A DNA stretch of 64,000 nt from Octopus vulgaris (lineage: Eukaryota). Shown one piece after another: positions 25,736 through 39,393 of this stretch (its first letter is position 1; each line of letters begins with the position of its first letter). A program made the position numbers and the translations under genes. The stretch is taken from NCBI GenBank assembly GCA_951406725.2, contig OX597831.1, positions 7,564,001 through 7,628,000 on the forward strand, read 5' to 3'. The notes beneath the pieces were generated by a model. That model searched no databases. It was not told the DNA's origin and saw only the letters and a list, made by a program, of their open reading frames with translations.

Positions 25736-25913
25736 CGTTCATGTCAATATATACAAGGTTGGAAAAGATGAGTGCCATGCCACCCGGTGGAGGCCAGACG
25801 ATACTTTCAAACATCACAGGGAGGATAGGTTTCCGCAGACCATCAGCTAAGCTCAGTTCACGGTTGCAGAGATGAGATATGACATACTTGGGTGTAACGC
25901 AGGCCAATATAAT
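25736..25913 (-). CDS. Exon 10, TIR C-half: IILACVTPKYVISHLCNRELSLADGLRKPILPVMFESIVWPPPGGMALIFSNLVYIDMN
   Basis: Acceptor tttcgttttag, donor ACG/gttagt, 178 nt, phase 0-1. Carries Y..S..C..E and KPILPV motifs. Absent from the ORF track. Confidence 0.95.
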
Positions 25914-26189
25914 CTAAAACGAAATGAGAGAAGAAAGTTATGACAGCCACTTAAAACACACACACACACACACATATATTTGATAACAGTTTCACCTGGC
26001 ACCAAGCAACTTAGAGGTTCACAGACTCATAAAACAAACCTGTTTTGTCAGACTTGCAGTGACTGAATGAGACAACCCCAAGGTGGCTTCTAGACAGTGG
26101 GCCACGATTGGTCAATGCAGGTCACATGGTGTTAATGATATGGCAGCAACATCAATCCAATTCTTTATTCCTAGGACCACATGCAAGAC

Positions 26190-27250
26190 AGGTTACTTAT
26201 TTTGGATATTCTAAAGGGAGCACACACACACACACATAGTTTGGCTCTGTAGAGGGAGAACAGTCTGGCAAACACAAGCCATGCCATGGACAAGTCCAGG
26301 AAGGAACTGATGGAGATCTTCAAAGAATTCATCCTATCTATAATAGTCTTTAACAATTTGACAAAGGTTAACTTCCTGGACATAACCATAGACTTGAAAA
26401 TGGACAAATATTATCCATACAGGAGGCTCAACAAGGAAACAGGTTACGTCCACAAAAACTCTAAGCACCCCCCACACACTTTAATTAGAAACCTAGTCAC
26501 AGGCATAGGTAAAAGAATCACTAAATTTTCAGCAGAGTTCTTCAATGGCCCCCAACCTCAATTATAACTAGGTATTAGAAGAGTGGATTCACTGAGAAGT
26601 TAATATATGGAAGACATCCCACTCCTGCACCCAATAAGAGTCAGAAAAAGAAGATAATCTGGTTCAATCCTTCATCTAACCTAGAAGTTTCAACCAATAT
26701 AGCTAAGAGCTTCCTGATGCTTATTAACAGACATTTTTCTAACACCTATAAGTAAACATTATAAACTTTTCATCCCCCACATTAAGGTCAGTTAATCCTG
26801 CTTATACAATATTGCTTCTAACATCACACATTACAATAGACACAAGCACACACCTACACAGCCTGTAGCCTATATTCCAACCTGTAACTGTCAAAATACT
26901 ACCTACTGCCCACTGGGAGGATCTTACCTGACAAGAGTTGTGGCCCATACGGTCTTGTGCACACTATCCAATGGTATCACAAGACACTACACAACATATG
27001 AACTCCTTCAGGTGCAGGGATAGAGGCAACTGTACCTCCCTGTCCTGCTTTATCTGCAGACTTTGCAACCATCAGAAGTGTGTCCCCCAATATTGAATGG
27101 AATATCAACAGGACTCTACTTTACTCACCTGGAACTTGCAATTGCCAACTCTGCCTCAACGAGAGACTATATATTTTCCACCAACAGAAACAATTAACTA
27201 CCTCATTGTTGCCACGACAGGTAAATCTTGCTAATGCACTTCAAGCCACT
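26190..27250 (+). mobile_element. Decayed Penelope-like element (RT C-terminus, Cys linker, GIY-YIG region)
   Basis: ORF 26286..26567 (VNFLDITIDL, HPP), then KIIWFNPS, TNIAKSFL, CNCQ….CPLGG, HMNSF and C.LCLNE across broken frames. Confidence 0.85.
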
Positions 27251-27559
27251 GGCTGCTGACAATCCAAACATACTACCATAGGCCTGCCTCTTCTGTTCAC
27301 AAGGACAGAGTATGTAACCTCTGCTGCCTGTATAAACCACAGCCTCATCATCCTACAGAAACACTGTTGCCACTGCATGGCCTCTATGGTAACACACTAA
27401 CACATCAGTATACACACACACACACACACACACCATATCTGGTGAACTGGTAAAAATCATTAGCATGTCAGACAAAATGCTTAGTGACATTTCTTCTGAC
27501 TTCATGTTCCAAGTTCAAATTCTGCTGAGGCCAAATAAAAACATGCATATATCTACTAT

Positions 27560-27840
27560 TGTGTCTTTTAAAGACATTTGAGGTGAGTCCTGTATAAACC
27601 TTCTGCAAATCACTGGGCAGAGAGAGTATTGGCCTTAAAAAAGCAATGTCCTCTCTTAGTGAACAAATAACTTGGGTCTTAGTAATTTCAGGTGGGTTGT
27701 ATGAACGCAGAAGGCAGGGAGCACAAAACAATAAAAGACAACATAGGATGGACAAGTTTTAACAAATGTATTAGTTTAATGCTTAAAGAAAAAAGGGGAA
27801 GAGTCTTGACGTTTTGGACACAGGTCCCTCATCAGAAGAA
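27560..27840 (-). mobile_element. Penelope-like fragment: decayed hammerhead plus GIY-YIG-like remnant
   Basis: The minus strand reads TTCTT CTGATGA G GGAC-CTGT-GTCC AAAAC GTC AAGA. ORF 27468..27755 contains KVYTGLTSNVFKRH. Confidence 0.6.
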
Positions 27841-29267
27841 AAAGTGAGAATAAAAATAAAAAGAGGAAAAGCAGTTGAATAAAAAATGAATGAGAAAAGG
27901 GAGTTGGGGAAAGAAGGGATTAGGGGCCAGGTGGGTATATGGTTCTGAGGGGGGATAGGAAGAGAGGAGGAGGTGAAGTGATGTGTGTGTAGTGGCATGG
28001 GGATAGTGGGGGGTGGGGGTGAGAGGAAGGCATAGAGGGGTGGAGGAGGAGGTGGCAGGGAGAAAAGTGAGGTGAAAGGGAAGGTAAGAAGGTATTTAAG
28101 AAAAAAAAACTGATGAAAAAGTGATATAAATAGTAAAATTAATAATTGTTGGCAGAGACAGAAAAAACAAAAGGGAAAACTATTTGCGGTCAATTGCAGG
28201 AGGATGGAGGCAATTTTTTAATATATGTAAAAGAGAAATATATCTATTGTGAGAGCAATGAAGAGGTAAAAACTGTAACCATCATCATCCTCATTGCAGA
28301 ATAGTGGAGTAAATTTAGTTTCAATTTTCTAGTTCAAATCCCAATTTTTGTTGACTTTGTATTTCAACTGTTGAAGGATTTTGATAAAGAAATTACAGAA
28401 ATGTGTTAAGAACAATTCAACAGTTTGTATTGCTTATCTTTAAATGTGTGTCGTGCCAAAGTAAATAACTATTGTGAAGACCGTATGAGAAATGAAAGAA
28501 GTCACACAGTGATACAAAGACTGACAGTACGGACGACGTTGGAAACATCTATTGAATTTTAGCAGAAGAGAAACGATAGCGAAAGTTCTTTTGATGAAGC
28601 TTTCTAATAGAAGGAATCTCATTGAATTCCACAAATATCAATTTGTTACATTGGCACAGGGTCTGAGATTTGCAAGGAAAGTGGCAAGGCGTTTGTGTGT
28701 GATGCTTGTCTCTCTAATGATATCAGAAGTAAATGGCAGGTTGTGTGTGAGGCATGTTTCAGACGTTTGATACTTTTCGGTAACGTAACATTGCTCTACA
28801 AAAGGAAGAAGCAACACACACACACAAGACAAGAAAGCAACGCTGTCGATATAATGAGCTGGATGGGAATATAATAGAACGACGATTTGTGTTCAGCCAT
28901 AACCCAGTAAACGATTCCAATAGAAACGAATCAATTTTATAATATTTTTATTTCTTTTTCCACGAGAGAAGGTTGCGATGAGAAGACAATGTGATAATAA
29001 CAAATGGAGAAGAAGAAGAAGAAGAATAAAAAAAAAAGGTTAATATGCTATTGTTATACAATCTTCCTTGAACAGCACGGATTAGAGTAATCAGGAGAAG
29101 GAAAGAGAACGAAGAAGTGCATCAATGCGATAACGGAGGAGGAGGGAGAAGAGGAAGAAGAGCATCCATTAAAATCTGTTCAATAGAAGTAGCTGCATTA
29201 AACTAATCAGATTCTGAACATGGAAAACTTACTATTTAGGTTTTCTTCTTCTTTTTTGTTTTTTCAG

Positions 29268-29340
<73 letters not shown>

Positions 29341-30024
29341 AATATTTAATACTATTATTTTAATAATGCCTTAGAGTATGCAAATAGAAAAACACAAAAT
29401 TTTCCAGGTGTAAATAATATGGAAGATCAGAATTTCTTTAAAAGAGTAACTGGATTGTGATGGTTGTTCTTCACCCCAAGTCTACCCAGATTGAGCAGAC
29501 CTAGGGTCAAAGCTGTTCCGACCATGACCTTCACTTTTCTTTTGTCTTCTGTCACAGGACTGCATTCTTCTCTGTGTCTTGCTTTGCTTGAAACAGTAAG
29601 CTGCAATTTAAGGAATATTTGGCTGCCATTTCTAGCAGAGTGAGCAACACCGTAGTCTTCTTGTAGCCTTGAAAATGGTTTGGCATTTATAAATGGTTCT
29701 GTATTTCAGGCATGGAGGTAGAGTGATGGTGCACAAATAGTTTACTTTTTTGAAATCCAAGAATGCAGCTACGACACATGTAAGAAGAGGCAAGTTTTTA
29801 AAGAATTTCTCTGAAGAATTTTGCATTCAAAACATTATAAGAATTTGCTAAAACTGATTGTTAAAACATTGCTATACAATGTGTGCGTGTGTGTGTGTGT
29901 AGGGGGGGGTCTTTTGAGCATTGGGAAGCGCCTTGCCAAATTTGTTCCAGCTGTTTTCATTCTGAGTTCAGATCCCACTCAGGTCAGCTTCACCTTTCAT
30001 CCTTCTGGGACTCAATAAAGTACC

Positions 30025-30435
30025 TATTTCTTTACTACCCACAAGGGGCTAAACACAGAGAGGACAAACAAGGACAGACAAACGGATTAAGTCGATTATA
30101 TCAACCCCAGTGCGTAATTGGTACTTATTTAATCGACCCCGAAAGGATGAAAGGCAAAGCTGAACTCTACGGAATTTGAACTCAGAACGTAGTGCCAGAC
30201 GAAATACCTATTTCTTTACAACCCACAAGGGGCTAAACACAGAGAGGATAAACAAGGACAGACAAATGGATTAAGTCGATTATATCGACTTCAGTGCGTA
30301 ACTGGTACTTATTTAATCAACCCCAAAAGGATGAAAGGCAAAGTCGACCTCGGCGGAATTTGAACTCAGAACGTAAAGACAGACGAAATACCGCTAAGCA
30401 TACCATCCGGCATGCCAACGTTTCTGCCAGCTCGC
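30025..30435 (-). mobile_element. SINE family A tandem dimer
   Basis: Same structure as 21082-21495. Confidence 0.9.
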
Positions 30436-30867
30436 GTGAAATAGAAGTGCATACAATAGAACAAAGTACCAGTCATGTACTGAGGTTTAATCACCTCCCC
30501 TTTGACACCTAAATCAAGAAACCATTATTAATTAACAAAAGAAGTTGACTTGATAGAATCAAGATTTATGGAACAAACGAATGGGAAAAAGTGTTCTTTG
30601 GTTTGTTCTTTTGCTCTTTACTGCATTCAAATGGATCATGGGTGTCTTCATTTCGAATACCTGCATGTGCTTTTGGAAATGTTTGGGATGAAGGCAACCT
30701 CTTATGACTGCTTAGCAGAGAAATTGGTGAAGTTCTCGTATTTTTGTGTATTTTCTGGAATTGTTGTTTTTCTAGCGAGTGAGAGTTAAATTCGAAAAGA
30801 TATTTTCTGCTGAATGTCAAAGTTTATCTTTATAGATATAAAAATCAGATCTGAGATGCACCTATTT

Positions 30868-30871
<4 letters not shown>

Positions 30872-30909
<38 letters not shown>

Positions 30910-31098
30910 CAGCATCTAATGTCAGCTTCCCATGCTGGTATGGGCTATGTACACACACACACACACGTGTATCACCATCATCATCATCATCATCATCATC
31001 ATCACCACAACCACCACCATCATCAATAGCAGCAGCAGCATTTCACACATATTTGCCATGCTGGCATGGGTTTTATATATATATACATATATAAACAC

Positions 31099-31149
<51 letters not shown>

Positions 31150-31183
31150 ACACACATATATATATATATATATATACATACAC

Positions 31184-31236
<53 letters not shown>

Positions 31237-31320
31237 CACACACGTATATATATACACATATATATATATATATATATACATATATATATACACATATATA
31301 TATTATACACATATATATAT

Positions 31321-31415
<95 letters not shown>

Positions 31416-31432
31416 CACACACACACACACAT

Positions 31433-31482
<50 letters not shown>
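30872..31482. repeat. Compound (AT)n/(AC)n/(CAT)n microsatellite
   Basis: Directly visible. It is the source of the spurious YI/HT/CV ORFs. Confidence 0.95.
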
Positions 31483-31484
<2 letters not shown>

Positions 31485-31932
31485 TTTATTTAAAGCAGCA
31501 GAAAATTCTACAAAACCTGTTTCCCAATATCACTCCTACTACTTATACAACACCGAGACACCAAAGGTCACTGGTGAACAATGAAAGAAAAAACAAAAAC
31601 AGAAAAACAAAGAGACTTGCAAGAAGCAAATATTTTTACTTTATGTAAAAAAAGAAAAAATTCCAATAAAATAAAATAAGCAGTAAATATTGGTAAATCT
31701 TGTAAAGAGTTCACTGAGAGCAGAATTGGAAGATAGTGTCTTGGGAGCAAAATAGCAGACTATGCTGTCAAGTTACTCAGGGAAGCCATCTGCTTGAAAA
31801 AACAATAGTTAGTCTTCTAATTACAATTATGTTGAGATGTAAAAAATGCTTTATAGGATTATTAAAATGATTCCAGTAATTAATTCTAAATTAATGAAAG
31901 GCAGAGGAGAGAATATAAACACTCTTAGTGGT

Positions 31933-32474
31933 CATCATCATCATCATCATCATCATTTAGCGTCCGCTTTCCATGCTAGCATGGGTTGGACGGTTCAACT
32001 GGGGTCTGTGAAGCTGGAAGGCTTCGTCAGGCCCAGTCAGATCTGGCAGTGTTTCTACGGCTGGATGCCCTTCCTAACGCCAACCACTCCGTGAGTGTAG
32101 TGGGTGCTTTTTACATGCCACCCGCACAGGTGCCAGACAGAGCTGGCGTCAAGAAAAAAAAAAAACATTCATGTGAGGTCGTTGCCAGTGCCGCTGGACT
32201 GGCTCCTGTAAAGGTGGCACATAAAAAGCACCATTTGAGCGTGGCCGTTGCCAGTACTGCCTGACTGGCCCTCGTGCCGGTGGCACGTAAAAGCACCCAC
32301 TACACTCTCAGAGTGGTTGGTGTTAGGAAGGGCATCCAGCTGTAGAAACTCTGCCAGATCAAGATTGGAGCCTGGTGCAGCCATCTGGTTTGCCAGTCCT
32401 CAGTCAAATCATCCAACCCATACTAGCATGGAAAACAGACGTTAAACGATGATGATGATGATGATGATGATGAT
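31933..32474. mobile_element. Head-to-head pair of RTE 3' ends (minus 31933-32145, plus 32168-32474)
   Basis: (CAT)n at the left end and (GAT)n at the right end, with mutually complementary UTR sequences. Confidence 0.85.
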
Positions 32475-33327
32475 AATTAAGCAATGACGGAGAGGACATT
32501 GAAACCATGTAAGTTATTGGTTAATATTAGTTTATTTAAGAAGGGAGATAATCCTAGACATGTTTTGATTTTATTACAGTTTCATCAGTATAACATAAAC
32601 TTTACCATACTTACTGAAGCAGTGATGAGAGAAACAGTAAATAAATATACAAACATGTACGCTAGTTGGTGTAGAAAACTAGAATTGTCTGATATAAATT
32701 ACTCAGGGTTACCATCTGCATGAAAATTAATAATTAGTGTTAACATACTCAATGCAAAGATAGTAAAGTCTGTTTCACTGATGAGGTCATAATAATACTG
32801 AATCAAGTATGGAATGGCTTCTCGCCTTGTCAAAATAATAAATATGATATTAATGACTACTATTGTCTTTCCCTCACTACATAATTATTTCTAACCAGCT
32901 TTCTTTAAGGTCCTTGCATGAAATATGCTCAACTTTTTGTTACCATACACCTAGCACGAGTGTTTCAATTAATTTTTAAAATAATTAAGAATTTGAACAG
33001 ATTTTGTAAAATGTTTAGCTTTTTTTATTATTTAGTTGATGTTTGGAAACCCAACTTGATAAAATAATTGTTAAATAAAATTATAATAAAAAGATTAAAT
33101 TCAAATATAATCCCTGTAAAATGTAAGATTTGTATTCTCGAACCAGAGTCTGTTTCTAGTGGTTGATAGCAAAACTGTATTGACAAATGTGTTGGTGATT
33201 AAAGCTTCTGATTTTAAAGCCAGCTAAATCTGGCTTAAAACAACAACAATTCCAGAGGCACAAAAGATGAATTAACAGAACTCAATAATTTGATTGGAAA
33301 CTGAATTACTGTACGCACTCATCTATA

Positions 33328-33690
33328 TGTTGCACATTAGTGCAACATATAGTGCATAAGTTGCATATAGTGCATAAGGTGCATATAGTTCATAAGCTGC
33401 ACATAGTGCATAAGTTGCACATATTGCACAAGTTGCACATGTTGTATAAGTTACATATATTGCATAAGTTGCACATAGCGCATAAGTTGCATATAGTGCA
33501 TAAGTTACATGAGTTTCACATAGTGCATAAGTTGCATATAGTTCATAAGTTACATATAGTGCATAAGTTGCACATATTGCACAAGTTGCACATATTGCAC
33601 AAGTTGCATATATTGCACAAGTTGCATATAATGCACAAGTTGCATATATTGCATAAGTTGTACAAGTTTCACATAGTGCACAAGTTGCAT
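33328..33690. repeat. 18-bp minisatellite, ~20 units (catatagtgcataagttg)
   Basis: Directly visible. Translates as (HKLHIV)n and (CATYAL)n. Confidence 0.95.
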
Positions 33691-34654
33691 CTGATAGCTT
33701 GCATGGAAAACTGGATGTAAAATTATTAATGTGGTTAAAATTATTAAAATTATTAATGTGGTTAAAAAGCTTGCTTAGCAACCATGTGGTTTTAGGTTCA
33801 GTCCCACTGTGCAACACCTAGGGCAAATGTCTTCTATTATAGCCCAGGATTACCCAATGCCTCAAGAGTGAATTTGCTTGATGGAAACTGAAAGAAGCCT
33901 TTCATATATATGTGCATTTTGTGTATGTCTCTTTGTTGTTGTTCTCCCACTACTGGTGTTGGTTTGTTTACATTCTCTAAACATTTTGACAAAAGGGAAC
34001 AACAGAATAAGTACCAGACTTTAAAAGAAACAAGGTGGTGCCCCAGCATGGCCACAGCCCAATGACTGAAACAAGCAAAAGATAAAAGGTAAACAGAAGG
34101 AGACGAGACTCAAAAAGCCAAGGAATATGGAGCTTGACAATTAAATGAGTCGTCAAGCTGAACACATTTATTAACGAAGATAAATTACACAAATGGTTGT
34201 GGCATAAGCTAAGTGCTGCTGCATACGATGCAACACGTGAGTAGACCATCGTTAAAAGAGCCATGGAAGCAAACGAAATACAAAGAAGATATCAAAGAAC
34301 ATTTCAGATTAAGCACAATTATGAAATTATCAATTAATGACGAAAGATTATTAATTACAACTTAAAAGAATTAAACTGAATTCAATTTCAAAGCAATCAA
34401 AGTTAGATTCTTCGTTAGCAACAAAACAGAATCGTCCATTTTGCCACTTCTCAAACATGATGGCTCTGGAAGCATCTCCATGCAAAGATTGCTTTGCACT
34501 TGACTCTGCACTTCTAAGTAAATTTCTTTCAAAACTTACCAATTCCACTCCACCATGAAATTCATCATCATCATCATCATTATCATCATCATCATTTAAT
34601 GACTGCTTTTAATGTTCACTTTTCCATACTTGTATGGGTCAGATGGAATTTGTT

Positions 34655-35216
<562 letters not shown>

Positions 35217-35218
<2 letters not shown>

Positions 35219-35716
35219 GCCCTGGTGCAGTACCAGGCAGTGGCTCTTGTGGCTTCTGATCTTAACTGATTGGAAGTGTTATCATGTACATTGTTTTGTC
35301 TTGGTATAAAAGATGGGCTACAGCAAATATTCTGCTCAATTCCACAGATTTTCTTGTCACTTGCTTGTCCTTAACCAGTTGAGCATGTCCCTTAGTGGCT
35401 GATGAGATGTGCATCTCTGATCACGACCAGAAGTAGTGGGGGAACATCATAGCCGTGTGTTGAGAGGAATTCTTTGGTGTTCGAAGAATTTTACCTCTAG
35501 AAATATGGATGTTTCATTCAATATTCAGGGACCTTCTGCAAGGTCACGCTCTGTTTATCTTGATATAAAATCACCATGTCACGCACATATGGTTGTGATG
35601 TATGTGCCTGGTGTACCCTTATCAGACGAGTAGTCATAATGGGTATCCTGGGCTTCATATATTTTACCCCAGTGTCACTTTGATGGCATGTGCTGTTCTC
35701 TCACTCAATAATAATA
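35217..35716 (+). mobile_element. Non-coding repeat embedded in (AAT)n; partial second copy at 39857-39973
   Basis: Both copies start gccctg.tgcagta.caggcagtggct directly after an (AAT)n array. This copy ends tcactcaataataata. Confidence 0.7.
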
Positions 35717-35717
35717 G

Positions 35718-36115
35718 GGCTTCCCCATAAAGAATCACCATCCTATTGAAGAAAGGGGTCAGGTATGATTGTAGAAGACAAAACAGACAAACCATGTAAG
35801 AAGACAGACTTGGCAATACCATTCGAAAGCAAAATGGATGGGAAAGAAATGGGAAAAATTGAGGAATAACAGGATCTGGCCAGAGAGAGGAGAAGATTGT
35901 GGAAGACTAAGGCAACAATTATATCTGCGGTAAATTGGTGCTGTTGGCCCAAGAGCCAAAGAACTACTTGAGAGGTTGAAGGTTATACTGGAAATGAGAC
36001 TTGCATTGTCAACCTGCAGAAATGTACCATCCTACATTCTGCAAGGATCCTAAGAACGATTCTTGAAGATTTGAGGAGACTTGTTGAAACCAAACCTCAA
36101 GATAAGATGTCTGCT
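35718..36115 (+). mobile_element. R4/Dong-like non-LTR remnant (restriction-like endonuclease end)
   Basis: MIVEDKTDKPCKKTDLAIPFESKMDGKEMGKIEE*QDLARERRRLWK…IGAVG…LQKCTILHSARILRTIL resembles PD…D.A.P.D…KE.EK..KY.DL..E..RLW…IGALG…LQK. Confidence 0.8.
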
Positions 36116-36882
36116 AACTAATATGGTGTATAACAGTTAAAACAAGAACAACAACAACAACAACAACAATAATAAAAATAATAATAATAATGATTTCTTT
36201 ATTAACCAGAATGGCTAAGAAAAAGATTGAGGACAATACAGGTTGATACAGTGAGAGATTATATAAAAACAATTGTAAACAAGGGAAATAGCAAAAAAAA
36301 AATAAATAAACAGCAGCAGCAGCAACAACAATGACAACAAAAAAAACAATAACAATCCTTTCTAATATAGGCACAAGGCCTGAAATGTGGGGGAGGGGGT
36401 TAGATGATTACATCAACCCCAGTGTTTCGCTGGTACTTAATTTATCGACCCCCAAAAGGATGAAAGGCAAAGTTGACCTCGACAGAATTTATACTCAGAA
36501 TATAAAGAGACGAAATAAATAATAATAATAATAATAATAATAACAACAACAACAATCCTTTCTACAAAAGGCACAGGACTTGAAATTTTGAGGGGAGGGG
36601 GACTAGTTGATTTCATCAACCCCAATGTTTCACTGGTACTTAATTTTATCGACCCTGAAAGGATGAACAAATGCCCTTTATATAGCAGAAGGCATTTCAT
36701 CTGCTGCTCCGGGAATACTGTCAAAGCCTTATCCAGTCGTCTCTGCCTCAAAGAATTGTTTCTAACAAAAGCTGAAGTCTTGGAATTTGGAAGAGGGGTA
36801 CGTTATAGATACTATGTCCCCCCTCCACCCCCCACCCCCAACATACACACAATTCAAAATGTCAAGTAGAAGGGTGTCTCAC

Positions 36883-37058
36883 CTTGCAATTCCGAATTCC
36901 TTGTTCGATCTTGCTGTAGAGCTGGTCACCACCACCCATCTGGCCAATGTCCATCCAACAAGAGATCCCAGCTCTTTCCAGCCTGTCCCACAGGGCCTTC
37001 ACTGCATCTTGACTGTCCCACTGGTAACTGATGAACACTTGTGGGCAGTGGGATTGTT
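36883..37058 (-). CDS. Exon 9, TIR N-half: EQSHCPQVFISYQWDSQDAVKALWDRLERAGISCWMDIGQMGGGDQLYSKIEQGIRNCK
   Basis: Acceptor tttttccag, donor AAG/gtgaga, 176 nt, phase 1-0. VFISY box 1 and G..CW.D motifs of TIR_2. Confidence 0.95.
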
Positions 37059-37189
37059 CTGGAAAAACAAAACACACACTTGCTATTGTAAATTATCTAA
37101 ACGATAGAAATTAGTAATCGCTAATATAATTATAATATTTTTTAGACAATTAACCTCATCAGAAGGGGGAGGGTAAGAGAAGAACAGTA

Positions 37190-37190
37190 A

Positions 37191-37228
<38 letters not shown>

Positions 37229-37293
37229 TACTTCTACTACTACTACTACGACTTCTACTAATACTACTACTACTACCACTACTTCTACTTCTT

Positions 37294-37360
<67 letters not shown>
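37190..37360. repeat. (CTA)n/(CTG)n microsatellite in the Death-TIR intron
   Basis: Directly visible. Confidence 0.95.
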
Positions 37361-37361
<1 letters not shown>

Positions 37362-37568
37362 TCCAAAGTATACACAGAGCCTAATCAAATAAATGCTTTT
37401 AGTCTAAAAGTCCTGACATGATTTTGCTAATCTGCTACTTTGAAAGATTTAATTAAATATATTAATATCACATTATTAAAACAATACCTTTATTTATTTA
37501 CATTTTATCTACTTATTTTTTTAAATTTTATCTATTCTATTTTTTTGTTTGTTTGCTTGTTTACTTAC

Positions 37569-37742
37569 CTCTGCTCTGTTTCAGAAGATCTATGATGTCA
37601 TACCTGGACATTTTCTCCAAGAAGGTGTGCAATACATCCACAGACACCTGTGTGTTGCCGCTGCCAAGAATCCAGTCAGTGAGCAGAGCAAGTGATGGAT
37701 TTAAATCATTATTAAATTTATCGATTTTCGGTTTCTTATAAC
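37569..37742 (-). CDS. Exon 8, Death domain C-half: GYKKPKIDKFNNDLNPSLALLTDWILGSGNTQVSVDVLHTFLEKMSRYDIIDLLKQSR
   Basis: Acceptor aattcag, donor GAG/gtaagt, 174 nt, phase 1-1. Matches the P...LL..W......V..L...L..M.R.D...LL Death pattern. Confidence 0.9.
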
Positions 37743-37868
37743 CTGAATTGACAACAAATTTAGGAGGCTGTGAATTTAACAGCATTTTTTTTTTACACTT
37801 AACATAAAATGTTTAATTACAAAATAATTACATAATACAGGGTGACGGCACTAATCAGTAACAGGTAC

Positions 37869-38628
37869 AAATACAAACTCGTTACCGATTCAAACATGCT
37901 TGAGAAATATTTAAACCCATAAAAACAACATTAACTGTAAGAAAATTACTATTTGTAAATCTCACAATGAGAGATATTCAGCAACAGTACTTTGTAGTAA
38001 AGATTGTTTGCCAACATAACATGGCAGTCCTGGTTTAGGACGAATGTTGCTGTAATTTAGCCCCAGGAGACATCGTCTCCAGCTGGCTATATGACACGAT
38101 CTGTGTCCTTATATTTTCGAACAAGGCAAACAATCTTTACTCCAAAGTACTGTTGCTGAATATCTCTCGTTGTGAGATTTAAAAATAGTAATTTTCTAAT
38201 TTATAAATCAGTGTCACTGAAAACTATATATTTCGAACGGGAATTTGGCAGCACCACCTCTAGCCGAACAATTATTCTGTGTTGATGAAGGGAAATAACC
38301 TGGAAATCATGATACACAGATATTGTTTTGAGCTGAGTGGGGATGCTAGATTCCCTCGTTTGAAGATATAAGGACACAGATTGTGTTGTATAGCCAGCTG
38401 GAGACGATGTCTCTTGGGGCTAAATTACAGCAACATTCATCCTAAACCAGGACTGCCATGTTATGTTGGCAAACATTCTTTACAACTTTCACTGTATTTT
38501 GTAATGGAGAAAATTTCTCCAATTTTCCTTTGTGAGAAATTTTTCTCCATAACAAAATACGGTCAATGGCTTTTTTCATGGTTCAAATATTCCTCAAGCC
38601 TATTTGAATTGGTAACGAGTTAGTATTT
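37869..38628. repeat. Nested and overlapping inverted repeats with a hammerhead-like motif
   Basis: Outer pair 37869-37925/38572-38628; A 37940-38012 / A' 38125-38197; B 38005-38122 / B' 38358-38475; hammerhead-like 38276-38320. Confidence 0.85.
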
Positions 38629-38724
38629 ATACTCATTATATAATGTCGTTATATAATTTTAATTTGTAATTATGTGTTTCAAAACAAGTGAAAAGGTAGG
38701 CGGTAGGTGAGATAGCAAATATAT

Positions 38725-38970
38725 GGAACAGTGAGGCAGTGAACATGTGGTGGTTTGGTAATGAAGCAGTGAAAAGTGTCTGTACAGCAGTGAACATGTG
38801 GTAACCATGATTCAGTGAACAGCAGCCATGAATCAATGAACATGTGGTACAGTAACCATGAATTAGTGAACATGTTTAACAGTAGCTATGAACCAATGAA
38901 CATGTGGTACAGTAGCTGTGAAACAGTGAACATGTGGTACAACAACCCTTGGTCAGCAAACATGGTGCAG
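38725..38970. repeat. ~30-bp degenerate minisatellite (cagtgaacatgtggtacagtaaccatgaat)
   Basis: gaacatgtgg recurs about every 30 bp. Confidence 0.85.
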
Positions 38971-39393
38971 TGTCCATAATCAAGTGGATATATTGCTTAT
39001 GATTACTACATGTTTACTACCACATGGGTACTATATCATCATCATCATTTTGACCATTTTTCCATGCTTGTACCCATCAAACAGAGCTTACTGAGACAGA
39101 TTTTCTAATAGCTGGATGTCTTTCCCCCATGGTCAGACATGCTTTTGCAGAAGATTGGAAATGAATGACAGTCATTTACAATAAACATGTAAAATCAAAA
39201 CAAGGACACACACACATACATGGCAGGCTTTGGTCAATTTCTGATTACCAAATCGACTCACAAGTAACCATGTGGTAGTGAACATGTAGCAAACTGAAGT
39301 TAGACAATCAATTACAGAGCAAAAGAAATCAAATTTTTCTCCAAGTATCAGACACATCCAACAACAACAACAACAATTCTCTTGTGTTCTTAC

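Noticed and set aside
30661-30806. Possible cassette exon between the TIR halves (CAG acceptor, CAG/gtattc donor)
   Set aside because: No polypyrimidine tract, 146 nt breaks the frame, and there is an early stop in the required phase.
30922-31584. YI/HT/CV-rich ORFs (also 57940-58518 and 60407-60764)
   Set aside because: Dinucleotide microsatellite artefacts.
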